A DNA stretch of 64,000 nucleotides from Eledone cirrhosa (GCA_964016885.1 OZ024746.1:86800001-86864000); one strand, 5' to 3'. Positions 37,794-51,399 are shown, counted from the first letter of the stretch. Notes: generated from the letters alone by a model not told the origin. Numbers and translations are program-made.

Positions 37794-38814
37794 TGAGTCT
37801 CAGTCATTGATGTTAGTTAACTGGAAAGTTTGTTGAAATGAATATCAAGCCACTACCTGCAGCCTCAGATATTCAGGACGTATCGGAGGGTTCTTGCTGT
37901 TCCCAGCAAGCATGCCTTTTGAAGCGTTCCAAAAAGCGTGGCGGGGCCAATTTTCTTTAACCATCCCTGGAAACATTTTGAGATAGTACCTAGTGCGCCT
38001 ATGACAATCGGGACCACTTTGACTTCATGGCAGTTCCAAATCCTTTTTACCTCCCACTTTAAGTCCTGGTATCGGTTAAATTTCTCCCTCTCCTTCTCTT
38101 GCACTCTCGTGTCGAATGGGCAGGCCACATCCACAATCAGGTACGATCTTTTTTCTTTGTCCACAACAACCAGGTCAGGTCTATTGTGTTCCAGTTTCTT
38201 GTCCGTCTGTATCCTAAAATCCCACAGCACCTTCACCTGATCGTTTTCTATCACCGACTCTGGCTTATGCTCATACCACTTCTCAGAATGTGGTAAATTG
38301 TTTACTTTGCATAGGTGCCAGTGGATCACCCTGCCCATCACATCATGTCTCCAGCCCTTATAGTGAGTCTGGGCTAGGTGTTTACAGTCGGATACAATGT
38401 GAGCCACAGTCTCCTCTCTCTCTCCACAGATCCTGAACAGTGGGCTAGCCTCCTCCTTGTAAATATGGTGTTTCAACCACTTCGTTTTGAGGGCCTGCTC
38501 TTGCGCAGCCATTAACATTCCTTCTGTAGCCTTTTTAAGGTCTCCTCTTTTCAACCAGTTCCATGTCTGTGGATCTCTGAATTTAGTTTTCTCAAAGAAG
38601 GTACTATGAAGGGATTTTTCCTGAAGGCTGCTCTTTCTCCTTGATGTTATTTCCTCCTTGGACATCCCCTGGTCTATTGTCCTCTCCTTCAGTACAATTC
38701 TGAGCATTGGCTCCTTACTATCAGTCACATATTTGTGTAGGTTGTTTTTCTCCATCTGAACACAGTCCTCTATGCTGATAAGACCTCTTCCACCTTCAGA
38801 TCTCCTTAAGTAGC

Positions 38815-38815
<1 letters not shown>
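37794..38815 (-). mobile_element. Dong/R4-clade non-LTR retrotransposon, 5'-truncated, in (TAA)n
   Basis: YLRRSEGGRGL, TEGMLMAAQEQAL, RIC..ETVAHIVSDC, RHD, LWDF, HNRPDLVVVD..IVDVACP..KE.EK..RY and VPIVIGALG. Open frame to the stop at 37865, ~70-bp 3'UTR. (att)n at 37749-37793 and 38816-38884. Confidence 0.92.
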
Positions 38816-38885
<70 letters not shown>

Positions 38886-39090
38886 AGGCGGTGGATTGGC
38901 AGTATCGGTAGAATAGAGTTACTTTATGAGTTCAAATCCCACCGAGGTTAGCTTTGCCTTTCATCCTTACGGGGTTGATACAATAAAGTACCAGTAAGGA
39001 TTAGGATTGATTTAATCGACTTCACCTTCACCTTAAATTTCCCCTTCACCTTAAATTGTTGGCCCTGTGCCTACAGTAGAAACATTTATC
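38886..39090 (+). mobile_element. SINE family A with internal deletion
   Basis: Head, core and tail are recognisable. Confidence 0.8.
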
Positions 39091-39312
39091 ATTATTATCA
39101 TATTTAAATTGCAGTATCGGGCGTAATCTATTTCATATCTATCCCGAACAAAATGATGATAAAATTAGAATTACATATCCAGATTTTAATCATAATTGAT
39201 CTCACCAGTCTAGTATTAAAATGTACTTATTTATGGTAATCAGTCTAGTTGTTATCTGTCAGAAGTATTTTAGTTTTAAAAAGAGTTTTCAAATTAGAGA
39301 TAGATAGACAAC

Positions 39313-39376
<64 letters not shown>

Positions 39377-39651
39377 CAAAGAGAGGGAGAGAGTGGGAGG
39401 GCGTAGAATCTTGAATTGATTTAATGTCTTTTGTTAATGTCTTTTGTGTTGTGTTTTGCCTGGTAGCTACACGCAATCAAATGTTCACTAAAAAGTATTT
39501 CCGTTTTTTAGCTATTTTCTTATGGTTTAGACATCCTTCGGTTGTTTGCCTTCTTATATTTATCATCTTCACCTTCGACCTAGAGCAGATAACTCTCATG
39601 GATTCATGAATATACTCGGAATTGTTGTTAATAAACGATGACTGATATGTA

Positions 39652-39905
39652 GTTGTGTGATCTAGTGATCAGCATGCTGGAGTTCCGATCATAATGTTGT
39701 GGTTTTGATTCCTAGACTGGGAGGTGTGTTGTGTTATTGAGAAAAAAACACTTCATTTCACATCGCTCCAGTATACTCAGCTGAAAATCAGTATCAAGTA
39801 TAGCTGCTGAGTTTAACTCTACGATAGACTGTCTAGGGGGAATCTTTTACTGTCAATCGCTTAACGTCACGCAAGCCGGGATAACCACTAGCCTGCGAGC
39901 TTGAG
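39652..39905 (+). mobile_element. SINE family B, degenerate
   Basis: Core cacttcatttcacatcgctccagtatactcagctg with a decayed tRNA-like head. Confidence 0.55.
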
Positions 39906-39960
39906 ACAAACACAGACTTTTAGATGATTGAAAACTCCATATGTTTACAAGAATCTATTT

Positions 39961-40167
39961 CAGGCATGTCAAACATGCAATCCGCGAGCCGCATGCGTCC
40001 CTTTACAAGCACACCTGCGGCCGCATAAAGTTTTTTTTACAGCGTGAGCATTTTTTTATCTTCGTAAAATTAGTTCTAATGTGCGCAATTAGTTATTGTG
40101 TGTGGCCCTCAGACAACACATATGTGACCCACGTAGCCTTCGGTGGACCCACAGTTTGACATGCCTG
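39961..40167. mobile_element. hAT-type MITE (207 bp)
   Basis: TIRs CAGGCATGTCAAAC and GTTTGACATGCCTG. 8-bp TSD atctattt / atccattt (7 of 8 match). Confidence 0.9.
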
Positions 40168-41999
40168 ATCCATTTGATTGTCATAGAATTTCAAACATTA
40201 ATACAGAGACTACACTTGAAATATCTCTCTGTACCTGACTTGTCGTTTGAAAAGATGGAAGGCAAAAACTGCTAATACTCGGATAACAGATGTTCGAAAT
40301 GTATTCAGCTATTTAGAGAGACTGATCTTCAACTATTTCTTTCATCCTTCTAATCATGATTGAGGGAAACAAGAATGCTCGTTAAATGTGATATTAAGAG
40401 GTTTAAGTTTCTCTAAAGCGAAACAGCATTTCATTCACTCAGATGGCCCCCAACGTTTCATTGGACAACATCCCTAAAATAGTGTTTACGCCACATCTTT
40501 CAACGTTCTTTACATGACCTATAATAGCTACTCACCCATCAGTATAGTAGAAAAGTGACGCACCACCAAATTTAAGTTGTTCATACATCAAATATAATCT
40601 AAACAAAACTAACTTCCACTCTTAACAATCATCTAATAACCCAAACTCTCTTTACTGTAAGCAGTGTATGCCATACTGCACACATATGGAACAACTGATT
40701 TCCATCTAGAAATGTATAACAAAAACATAATATACGAAGGATTGCCGGGCGACTTTCGAGCAAATGAACGAGTCGCTACTATGTCACACGACCTGCTAAA
40801 AATAGCAACCAAACCTCCCTCAACGTACATCCAAATATCTTTTAAAATTGTAGTCCTAGATACATCATACCCGAGAAGAAAGTTAAAATGGTTAGGGCTA
40901 ACATATAGGTAGAAAACACCCACAATTTCGAATGATATTCCTAATATATAAAGCGATTCACTTTACTAGAATACAATTTTCAGATCTGAAGATACATTCA
41001 AATATATTCGATATTATCTTAATGTTCCATTAGTGTCGAATTTCTTCAGTTCAATAGATCGACTTGACAAGAGAAATTAGTACTACATGAAAGCAATAAT
41101 TAATTCTGTCAGACCTACACTTTTTGTTTCGTCTGAAATACACCTTCAGAATATTGATCACTGCTTAAGAGTGCTGGTTAATTCTCTTATATCATTGATG
41201 GACAAATTAGTTGTGTGTAATTACATATACCATATAGTCTCTCTCTCTCTCGCTTTTTGTTTCTCTTTTTCTCTCACTCTCTCCCTATATATATATGTAT
41301 ATATATATATTAATAAAAGTAATTCCAACTTTGTCTGATTCACTCGTTTTATTTACAATCCTTTAAAATGTATAATGGTATTAGAATGAAATAGTATGGT
41401 AGAATATTAAATGTTAAGTGTTAATTGAACAAGTACTGTCATGCTTTCGCAATCTTCAGTTAATATTCTGTGATGACAGTCAAGTTTGCAATTTTCAACT
41501 GTAATGAGATGGATAAATTTGTGCCTTAAATACAGTGAAAAGCGGCTACAGGATGCTAAATTTTGCAAACTGTATTTCGACCAATTGGTGTGTAGTTTCA
41601 CTGGATTACGAAAGCTGATGCTTTAGGCGTTACGGTTGGTTGAGTATGTCTAACGACTACTCTTTGACCCTATCCAAAGCATCAACTGTTTTGCTATTTT
41701 TAGAAATGATGAAAATAGCATTTTCTAGTAATCATCACTATCATCATCACTTTTATTATTATTATTGTTGTTGTTGTTAGAGGTGGTAGTCGACATGACA
41801 TGATCGTAGTCATAGTCATAGTAGGAGTAATATCCCATTATTATTGTTCATTTAGCTTGGGTTGGAATTTATCAATAGCATTCTTTTCTTTGATTTTTCT
41901 CTTGATTTCCCTTGGGCTGTGTAATAAAAGCAAACCCACCGATCATTGCTCAATGTAATGAATTAAAAGGCTTAATCACAGACCGATCTTTGAGACTCT

Positions 42000-42400
42000 T
42001 AGTAAAAGACAGTCGAACAATTTGAAGCAATTACTAACAAAAGCAAAGTTTGACCTTAACAACAAAGACCAATCATTCACTGTATCTAAATGCAATGATA
42101 GTCGATGTGGCACATGTCAATCCATACACGCCGGTCAATATATGAACACAAACACTGGAAAAATATTCCCAAATGCAAATATGAACTGCAAAAGCCGAAA
42201 TCTAATTTACTGCATTAAATGCCCGAATTGTGAAGAACTATATGTCGGTCAAACTGGAAATGCACTATCGGAACGTGCACGCGTGCACCGACAGCAAATC
42301 AGAGACCCAAATGTCCGTCAGATACCCCTGAGTAACCATCTAGAAACATGTGTCAGAGAATTTTTATAATATTTCCATTCTACAAATTACACAATATATG
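42000..42400 (+). pseudogene. Penelope-like element GIY-YIG endonuclease fragment
   Basis: LKQLLTKAKF..CNDSRCGTC..MNCKSRNLIYCIKCPNCEELYVGQTGNALSERARVHRQQI. Confidence 0.88.
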
Positions 42401-42447
42401 CTTGCTAGGGTTATACTCCTTCTAATTGAATGGAATCAATTTTGGGT

Positions 42448-42518
42448 GGTGTGTTGGTGTAATGGTTAAACATTGGTCCAGCAAACTAAAGATGCTGGTT
42501 CGTGTCCCATGTACGTCA
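42448..42518 (+). pseudogene. Degenerate tRNA-like sequence
   Basis: A box tggtgtaatgg and B box ggttcgtgtcc at tRNA spacing. The stems are poor. Confidence 0.4.
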
Positions 42519-42684
42519 ATACTCATCCCTTTTTCCCTTTACAGGGGTTTTTAAAACTGACTATTTCTATTTAGTCAAATACGGCGTAAGCACATGTTAC
42601 TACCTAATTTACAAATTCGCTAGCCGCTTCTAAACAAGGCTTGCTTTGTGTCTCCCTATTAACACACACACACACATACGCATA

Positions 42685-43995
42685 CAAGGGGGGATCAAAA
42701 CGTTCGCGAAATCTTTCAGAAAATAATCTATTTTTCAAAAAATATGATTTACCTTCAATTTATTTTTCTACATAGTTGCATCCAGGTCAATACACTTCAC
42801 AAGGCGATGCTTCCAGCTTCGTAAGCCGTCTCTAAAGAAAGTTGAAGGCCTTGTTCGAAGCTATGTGTTGGCAGTGTTTTTAGCTTCTTCAACACCACTA
42901 AAACGGGTTCCTTTTAGCATTTCTCTGAGTTTTGGAAAGAGCAAAATGTCTGATGGGGCTAAATCTGGACTATAAGGCGGGTGAGGAAGCACTTCCCATC
43001 GAAATTCTCGAAGAACTTCTTTTGCAACAAGCGCAGAATGCGCTGGTGCATTGTTATGGTGAAACAAGATCCCACCATGAAGTTTCCCTTTTCGTTTCTT
43101 GACTAATACCTCTTTCAGCTTCCTTAAAACATTTGCATAGTAAGCTCCTGTCACAGTCCTTTGACGTTCAAGATAATTTATTAGTATCACCCCATCTGAA
43201 TCCCAGAAAATGGTGGCCATCACTTTTTGATACGACTTTTGAGATTTGAACTTGATTGGCTCCGATGATCCACGTGGAAGCCACTGTTTTGACTGCTGTT
43301 TGGATTTAGGATCATACTGGTAGATCCAGGTTTCATCTCCGGTAATGATTCTGGTCAGGAAATGCTCTTCATCAACTTCAATTTTGTTTAATATCGCCAA
43401 AGACAGATCACTTCGAAGAATCAGCTGATCAGGGCGCAACGTTTTGGGACCCATCGTGCTGAAAGCTTGCTTAGTCCCAAATTATCGTGCAGAATTGAAT
43501 TTGCCGAACCATATCAAATGTCTAGGGACTTAGCTAACTGATTAACTGTTATTCTTCGATCTTATTCAATTAAAGTCTGAGCAGCCTCAACGTTTTGGTC
43601 ATTTTTTTATGTTCCTAGTCTTCCACTGCGATGGTCGTCTTCAAGGTCGTCTCTCCCTTGTTTGAATCGTTGAATCCACTTGTAGAGGGCAGTTTACTTT
43701 GGAGCAGTAGTACCGTAAACTTTAAGTAAAGCCTCCATAATCTGTGTCCCTTTCCATTTGAGTTTTACCAGAAACCTGATATTCGATCTCATCTCAAAAT
43801 AACTATTTTCCATTGTTCCCAAAACAGGTTTTTTAAAGAGTGTCAGTACTGTACAATAGTCCACGCATATCTGACTGCAAGTGACTAATAGCAAGGTAAA
43901 CACCCAGTGACAATGTTCTGACATGTTTAATATTGTTTTAACCTGATTTTATTTCTTGCTGCGATAAAATTCCGTGAACTTTTTGATTCCCCCTG
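42685..43995 (-). mobile_element. Mariner (DD34D) transposon, full length ~1.3 kb, inactive
   Basis: Imperfect TIRs caaggggggatcaaaacgttcgcgaaat and attccgtgaactttttgattcccctg, with TA on the left. Transposase 43813->42760 has WVPKTL, ITGDETW, HHNNAPAH (D changed to N) and YSPDLAPSD. Multiple frameshifts and stops. Confidence 0.93.
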
Positions 43996-44356
43996 TGTGT
44001 GTGTGCATGTGTTATGTGAGCGTATGTGCATGTGTTTAAATATATAAAACGAAATTTTCTATTTACTGCACCTGTACCTTAGAAGGATTTAATTCTATGA
44101 AGACGGGAAGAGTTTAATCCAAGCCCAAACAGAAATAAAGATGAACCAGTTAATAACTATATCATCTGACTGAATTGGTTCTTCAGTGAAAACAACAATA
44201 ACAATGTAATATGAGGAAATGTAGCTAGGGATTTCTTAGCGTTAAATATTGAATATATGTCATCAGTGATAAATATGATAAACTATTTACTAGAAATAGT
44301 ATTACACCTTATTCAAAGATTCGATGAGTCTTTTCAAAAAGCGATTTGAATTCTAT

Positions 44357-44443
44357 ATATTGGGTCGTCAAGTATGACATTTGCAGACATTTCTAGAAGA
44401 AAAAAAACAAATCTCTACAAATTTCATACTTGACGACCCAATA
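44357..44443. repeat. Inverted repeat (hairpin)
   Basis: atattgggtcgtcaagtatga versus tcatacttgacgacccaatat. Confidence 0.8.
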
Positions 44444-44689
44444 TAATTTGTGGAATGACAGTGTCCAAATATTACCGTAGGCCTGGACTCTTCCTAAAAC
44501 AAAAACGACGTAATATAGTTGTTTCAGCATCTTTCCCTATAATTCTGCTTAATGACAGCTGATCTGGGATTAATCAAAGTTTGTAATCCATATATATCTT
44601 TTCATTTAGTTGAGATTTTTAAATCTCACTCACAAGTCGAGTTTCCGCGATCCAATGAACTGTACTTTTTTCCATTTGTCTCGATCTAG

Positions 44690-44840
44690 TATTATCACTA
44701 ATGCTAGATCCGATACATTTCCTCCCGTGTCAGCACGTAGCACATCCAGATACGTTGTTGCAGGACGACCTCTACTTCTATGACCATGTGCAGTCTTCCA
44801 TAAAAGAACACGGCTGACACACTCGTTTTTTTGCCTTGTA
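44690..44840 (-). pseudogene. RTE 3' fragment related to the 1-1710 family
   Basis: VSRVLLWKTAHGHRSRGRPATTYLDVLRADTG versus LNSVLLWEPLHGHARRGRPRLTYVDALRTDTG. Confidence 0.75.
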
Positions 44841-45404
44841 ACAGTGTCCCGTAAAACGCACCCTTTTTAGACGAGCAATATCCGACGCGGGAGGACTATC
44901 CAGATATAGTTCTCCATTTTTGACTTTCTGTCGCCAAGACATGTTCAAAGATTTTAAAATAAATGATAACTGTTACACACATTTCAAGCGTTTATACCAT
45001 GTTCTACACCGTTCTTGATGCCAGAAATGTCTGCTTCAACTGTATCTTTCAACCAGAGGTAACTGATTATAAAGGAGACTGACAGAATATTTTTCTAGTA
45101 ATAGTCAATTTACACGTGTTCCATAGCCTACTGAAAGCGTGGATAACGATAGACACTATAGGGCATTGAAGAATAGTTAAATTAACTATTCCCATCCTTG
45201 CATAGTATTTCCCCCCAAGCCACTTTACTCTGTATATGCTGCTTCCATCTGGATTCAAGTATATATTGTGACATATAAAAACAGCCATTGTAAAATTGAC
45301 GATTGATTAGTTGGCTTTTACCACTAAGTTCGATATATTTTGGTAAGGAAAGTTGTTAGGCATTGAACGCCGCCGTATTACTAGACTTGTTTCCCCTTTC
45401 TTTT

Positions 45405-45802
45405 TAATTCTACAGGCGGCCGAAATAGGATTCCTCCGAAGAGTCTTTGGAGTAACGTTACTCGATAGAGTGCAAAGCTCGGAGATTAGAGAGCTACTCC
45501 AGGTAAGCCACTACTTTTCCGAATTGAGAGATCACAGCTCCGATACTATGGGCATGTGATTAGAGTGCCTCAGGAAAGAATCGCTGTACAGATTTTACGG
45601 GAAAAACTAAAAGTTAGGAGACCCAGGGGTAGACCCCGAGCAAGGTGGTTGCATAAGATCCATGAGCTTGGCTTGTCACGCTTGGGAATCCAGCCGGATC
45701 AGTTGGAGACAGTTGCTTCTGACAGGATTGTTGGAAAGAGTGTTTGCGGACTCTGCCCCCACGACCCTCTCAAGAATAAATGGGCGAAGAAGAAAAAAAA
45801 AC
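45405..45802 (+). pseudogene. RTE 3' end with (AAG)n/A tail
   Basis: QAAEIGFLRRVFGVTLLDRV, GHVIRVPQER and RRPRGRPRARW. Same family as 33330-33560 and 61250-61710. Confidence 0.85.
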
Positions 45803-46045
45803 TCGAATTAACTAAAGGCACTAACAATATGAACTATTACATCCATGAAGGAAAAGACCAAGGACTTCTGTATCACTAGTATACTATTGCCGGCGGTTTC
45901 CTCGTATGTAGAATATGGAAGGGGAAAATAAGCTTGGTGACGAGAATATATCTATACAGGCTAACGTCAAATTTAGCTAAAGTATCACATTTCAGTTTTA
46001 CTGTTCTGTATTTATTGCAGTAATAATCTTAACTATTCTTTAAGT

Positions 46046-46380
46046 ATAGGCGACGAATTGGCTGAGTCGTTAGAATATCGCATAGAATGTTTATATTATT
46101 CGTTTCGGCACTCTGCTCTCTGAGTTCAAATCCCGCCGAGGTCAACTTTGCCTCTCCTCCTTTCGAGGTCGATAAAAAAAGTACCAATCTAGTACTGGGA
46201 TTGAATCTTCCTCTATATCTCTTTCTCATTTCCTCTCTCCCACTTTCTGTCTTTCTCTGGAATAAATCTACTGTACACAGGCCTGGAGAGAGAGAGCGGT
46301 TCTGCAAGGCTTAAAATGTCCAAGAAACGCCGTATGTCAATATGGCGTCCCTATAACTATCTCGGGAGTTACGGGACCAT
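46046..46380 (+). mobile_element. SINE family A variant with an alternative 3' tail
   Basis: Family A head and core followed by aaatctactgtacacaggcctggagag...cgggacc. The same tail is at 55350-55460. Confidence 0.65.
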
Positions 46381-47508
46381 ACATACATACTCTTTAAGTA
46401 ACTTATTTAGAATTAGCAGTCCAATCAATTGTCATAATGTAGCTTCAATGTTTGGATACGAACTATTGATATTTCTGTTTAAAATCCCACCCTCCTGTCT
46501 TGTTATAATATTTTTGTTAACAGTCAATGCCATAATGTTACGTTCAGTAAAACAAGCACACACATCACATTTGCATACATACACGCACACACACACATCA
46601 CATTTACCCGTACACGCACACATACACACACGCATACATACTAACATATTTATAATACATTGAAAGATACAAACCTACATACAAAAATATATTAATGTGT
46701 GCGTGCATGCTCCATCGCGTAACATGTAATAGTGTAATGGTGTGTGTGTGATTGCGTGTGTATGTGTATGTCTGTGTGTGTGATTGCGTGTGTATGTGTA
46801 TGTCTGTGTGTGTGCGTGCGTGTATGTGTGTGTGTGAGATTGAGTGTGTATGTGTTTATATGCTTTATCGAATCTGTTAACATACGTATGAATTATAGAC
46901 GTTGATGGATTTTGTACTAGCTGTCTTTATATGCTAGCTAGATATTCATAAATCATATTTATGACATTGATCAAAGCAGTATGATCTAGTGATGTAAATG
47001 CCATTAGGTGATAGAGTTGCCATTAGGCAAATTTGTTGTGATAGACTAATTAATCAAATAGGATAATTCCTACTCGACCTTATTACCGAATCATCGAGTC
47101 GATTTGCGATGATATCCAATACATTTCATTAACACAAATGGGATTTCCTAATAATAATGAAGTTGTGATAATAGGAAGTAAGTTATTCATAAGGATTTGA
47201 AGCTCATGTGAGTATAATCGTACATAGGCAATACATTTCACATTTATTACCCAGGTAGTAGCGAAAACGTTTATTGAAATTCTCAACATCAAATAAATAA
47301 GTTATAAGTTATACAACAATGCATTGACTAACCAAGTATCAGTAATATGTTAAACCTGATGCAAATGAATATATATTTTTCCACTAAAGGAATAAAAAAT
47401 ACGTACGTTAATTTATTACCCACATAATCACAAAATACGAGTGTGACCATTGAATACGTGATTAGGATAGTGATATTGTGCTAAAAGAATCCGCAGTGTG
47501 TGACTTAC

Positions 47509-47555
<47 letters not shown>

Positions 47556-47771
47556 CTTCTCTCTCTCACTCTCTCTCTCTCTATCTCTCTCTCTCTATAT
47601 ATATCACTCTCTCTCTTTATTAATATATATATATATATATATGTGTGTCTGTATGTGTGTGTGTTTAAGTATATGTGTGATTTTATGTATGTATATATAT
47701 ATATGTATGTATGTATGTTTGTATGTGCGTATGTATGTAGGTAGGTAGGTATATATATCTAATATATATAC

Positions 47772-47830
<59 letters not shown>

Positions 47831-47861
47831 CTCTACGGTTTTATATATTTATATATATATA

Positions 47862-49305
47862 CTAGCAGTGGTACCCGGCGTTGCAGGGATAAGTTATTTT
47901 GGAACGCGGGCCGCCAACAGACCTAATCGTGGAAAAACTGCATGCCTGGACAATATGTAAAGAAAATAAACCGAATACTCTGATGGCTGGATAATCTTTA
48001 AGATTTTCCTCAACGAAGCAGGAAAAATGTAGGTTTTCACCTAATGCGGGCCCTAGGGGATCAAGAAAATGAATTTTTTTATGTGCATAATATGCCTTGA
48101 AATTTCGGGAAAATCGGCTAGACGTAACGCCTCCAAAAGGCCCTAAGAAGCTGAAAAAATGAAGTTTTTCACCTAATGCGGGTCCTAGGCCATAAGAAAA
48201 TTGGGTTTTCTTACGGTATGAAGAAGAGACTGACTAATACATAGTTACAATTTCAAGGAAATCGGTCTGACCTTACGCCTCAAAAAACCCCTAAAGTCTT
48301 TAAAAACGCAGTTTTTCACCTAATGCGGACCCTAGGAGATTAAAAAGCTGAATTTATGTGCATAACACTCCCTGAAACATAAGTAATACAAACGTAAAGT
48401 GTTAAAAATGTCGGTTGGGTACTTCTCGAGTTTTAGGGATTCAAACTCACGGACTCACACACACACAGACAGACATCCTCAGGGAAGTGACGTAATGCAG
48501 ACAGTCAGACATACAGACAAATATTATAAGGGCGCGACGTTATATGTATGTATCTATCTCAAAAGAGAAAGACTAAGAATTATAGAGCGAGATCGCTAAA
48601 TCGCTTAATGCGGTTCCTAGGGCATTGAACATTTGAAATATATTTTGCTCAGAACACTCCCATAAACATAAGTATTAGATGTGTAAAGTTTGAAATGATC
48701 GGTTTGGTGCTTCTCTACAATATTAAGCGGTAAATAGTAACATTTGTTCTCGTAAAGGCACGTAAGTAAACAAACTGAAGCTATTACAGCGATGTTTTTC
48801 TTTACCGGCTTTAATTTTTAGTATTGTATGAAATATATAACCTGCAGACCTGATTTTTGAATTGCAGCAGGGTCGACTTTATTTCACTCACTCCACTAAA
48901 AGTTGGATTTTCTTTGCTCACGGTATGAAGAAGAGACTGACTTATACATAGTTACCGACTTTCCTTTTTAGTGTTGTGTGAAATATATAACCGCCTTAGC
49001 TAAGCTTAGTATTGCTGACGTAATGCAGACAGTCAGACATACAGACAAATAATATAAGGGCGCGACGTTTTATGTATGTAACTATCAAAAAAGAAAAAGA
49101 CTAAGAATTATAGAGCGAGATCGCTAAATCGGCTAATGCGGTCCTTAGGGCATTGACAATTTGAAATTATTTTGGCTCAGAACACTCCCTGAAATATAAG
49201 AATTACATGTGTAAATTTGAAAACAGTCGGTTGGGTGGTTCTCGAGTTTTAGGGATTCAAACTCACACACACAGAGACAGACATCCTCAGTTTTATATAT
49301 ATAGA
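47862..49305 (-). mobile_element. Non-autonomous Helitron with internal tandem subrepeats
   Basis: Minus strand starts TC-tatatatataaaactgaggatgtctgtc(tg)n and ends ccctgcaacgccggg-taccactg-CTAG-t. The motif ttttcacctaatgcgg..cctagg recurs about 5 times. A highly similar copy is at 59946-60610. Confidence 0.8.
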
Positions 49306-49354
49306 TTATTCTTATCGAGCCCGCTTCGGATTTTAGTCGTCACATTTATTATTA

Positions 49355-49389
<35 letters not shown>

Positions 49390-49391
<2 letters not shown>

Positions 49392-49590
49392 ACGAGTAGG
49401 ACCCCGACGGCTGAGCTCAAGCCGTTTCGACGGCTAATTCTGGACTAATTTTTAGTCCAGAATTAGCCGTCTAAACAACTTGAGCTCAGCCGTCGGGGTC
49501 CTACTCGTTCCTATTACCCACTCTACTACCCTAAGTATTGACTACTTTGGTGCGTTATGGTCCATCTGGTTCCTTACCACATATCCTTCG

Positions 49591-49592
<2 letters not shown>
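49390..49592. mobile_element. Penelope-like terminus with ~120-bp palindrome (family of 1744-1938)
   Basis: aacgagtaggaccccgacggctgagctcaag...cttgagctcagccgtcggggtcctactcgtt followed by the shared tail. Confidence 0.65.
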
Positions 49593-49657
<65 letters not shown>

Positions 49658-49660
<3 letters not shown>

Positions 49661-50074
49661 AGTGTAACTAGGAGTTACTGCAGGTTCACCCGGGTGAGCA
49701 CTCGATGTTTAGTTTCAGATCTATACAGAGTGTAATATATTGATCTATTCCATAAACCAAAACAATTCATATTGACCAACACATGAACTTCTGACTTTAT
49801 CATATAGCATGTATTCATTTTCTTATAGCATCGTAAATGGTCCGTCGAGCTGCCGATTATAGAGTCGGGTAAGATCGATACAGATCGAACTTTGAGCTGA
49901 TCAGTGGCTAAACGCGCATCACCTACCAATAAATGTAATTAAGGAGTAACCAATCGTCCTTGTTATCCTTTCAATATATTACACTCTGTATAGCTCTACA
50001 CCTCAACACAGAAGTAAAACTAAACATCGAGTGCTCACCTGGGTGAACCTGGAGTAACTACAAGTTACACTCTC
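49658..50074. repeat. Long inverted repeat enclosing a Penelope-like end
   Basis: Arm gagtgtaact...caggttcacc.gggtgagcactcgatgtttagttt...tatacagagtgtaatatattga versus its inverse at 49971-50074. Confidence 0.8.
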
Positions 50075-50193
50075 TAGATATTTAGCTCCTTTCTTTGTCG
50101 AGCGCTGACCTGGAATACAATGGAATTGTTCTACAACACTTCCTCCCTAAAGGAGGAAATGTTGTAGAACAATGATGTCTACATGATGTCTAC

Positions 50194-51000
50194 ATGAACC
50201 TATTACTAAAGCAGACAAATAATTTCCTCAGGAGGATCCGCTGGAGGACCTTCCACCACAACAACAAGAGGTCCCCCGGATCAAGTGACAATTCCACCAA
50301 CCACATAAAAAAACTCTTTAAATCGACGAAGAATACACCGCACAACCCACTCCTAGAGGAGTTTGAGGACAGGATCATTACCATGGTCCGGACCATTAGA
50401 TTCAGGAAACCACCGCGAAACCCTGACAGAAGTGCATTCCTGTCTGGGCTCGCATCTACTGTAAAAAGGATCAGGAATAGCCCTGGTATCATCGTACCAG
50501 CCGATAAAACAGGAAACTTATACCATTGGGAGTACAAAACTTACAACAAATACATTACAAATGAAATCGCTAAAATATACAAAACATCAACACGGGAAAA
50601 CCTAGCACACATAAACAAACAGGCGAAAACAATAATGACGGAACTGAGCATTGACGACAGGACTCATCCCTACAACCCTAGGAAACCGAGAATATCTATT
50701 AAAGGCCATAAACCGGACTTCCAGTCAAAACTACCGGTCAGACTCAAAACCCCTCTAAATCGGACCTAGGTGGACTTAGCAAATCGATTATTGACCTATT
50801 ATACCTGAACTTAGAAATAGAAATAAACTCAGCCTCTGCTCTTGTACAAAGGAGGTAATCGACTGGTTTTGTGGCATTGAAACTAAGTCTAATGCTCGAT
50901 TAGTCCAATTGGACATTACGAACTACTACGCATCTATATCCCCAGTCATCCTTAACAAGGGACTGATCTCAGCCATGAACAGATCAAGCCTCACTAGAAA
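50194..51000 (+). pseudogene. Penelope-like (Naiad-type) RT N-terminal fragment
   Basis: FLRRIRWR, IVPADKTGNLY, IKGHKPDF..KLPVRL, then after frameshifts SDLGGLSK, VIDWF and LVQLDITNYYASI. Confidence 0.8.
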
Positions 51001-51399
51001 ATTGCAGACACGCTAGTCTGAACACATTCTCTGCACAAACATTCGGTGGAGGGCCGCACACTAACCATGACCCAACATAATAATAAACACCTTTGCCCCG
51101 TCTCACCATCCCTCATCTCAGTGAATTTATTTTATTTTATTGCATGTAACCATTTGTAAGCCCGTATTTTGTATATCATGCCGCACACATCACCCCCACC
51201 AAAAATCACATCGCCATACACCCCTCATCTTTGCAACATTGGGTTCTATCTGTCCCCTCTGTCAGGTTTTACCTTGTAATCCATGGTAACACCTGATCCT
51301 GTAAATATAATGTCGACCATATCACCCCATCGCCACCACCACCACCACCACCACAACCGCACACATCGCTATATGTCTACCATCCCACACCCGCAACCT

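Noticed and set aside
40600-40915. Possible PLE GIY-YIG remnant (KCITKNIIYE)
   Set aside because: Only one short motif, which is insufficient support.
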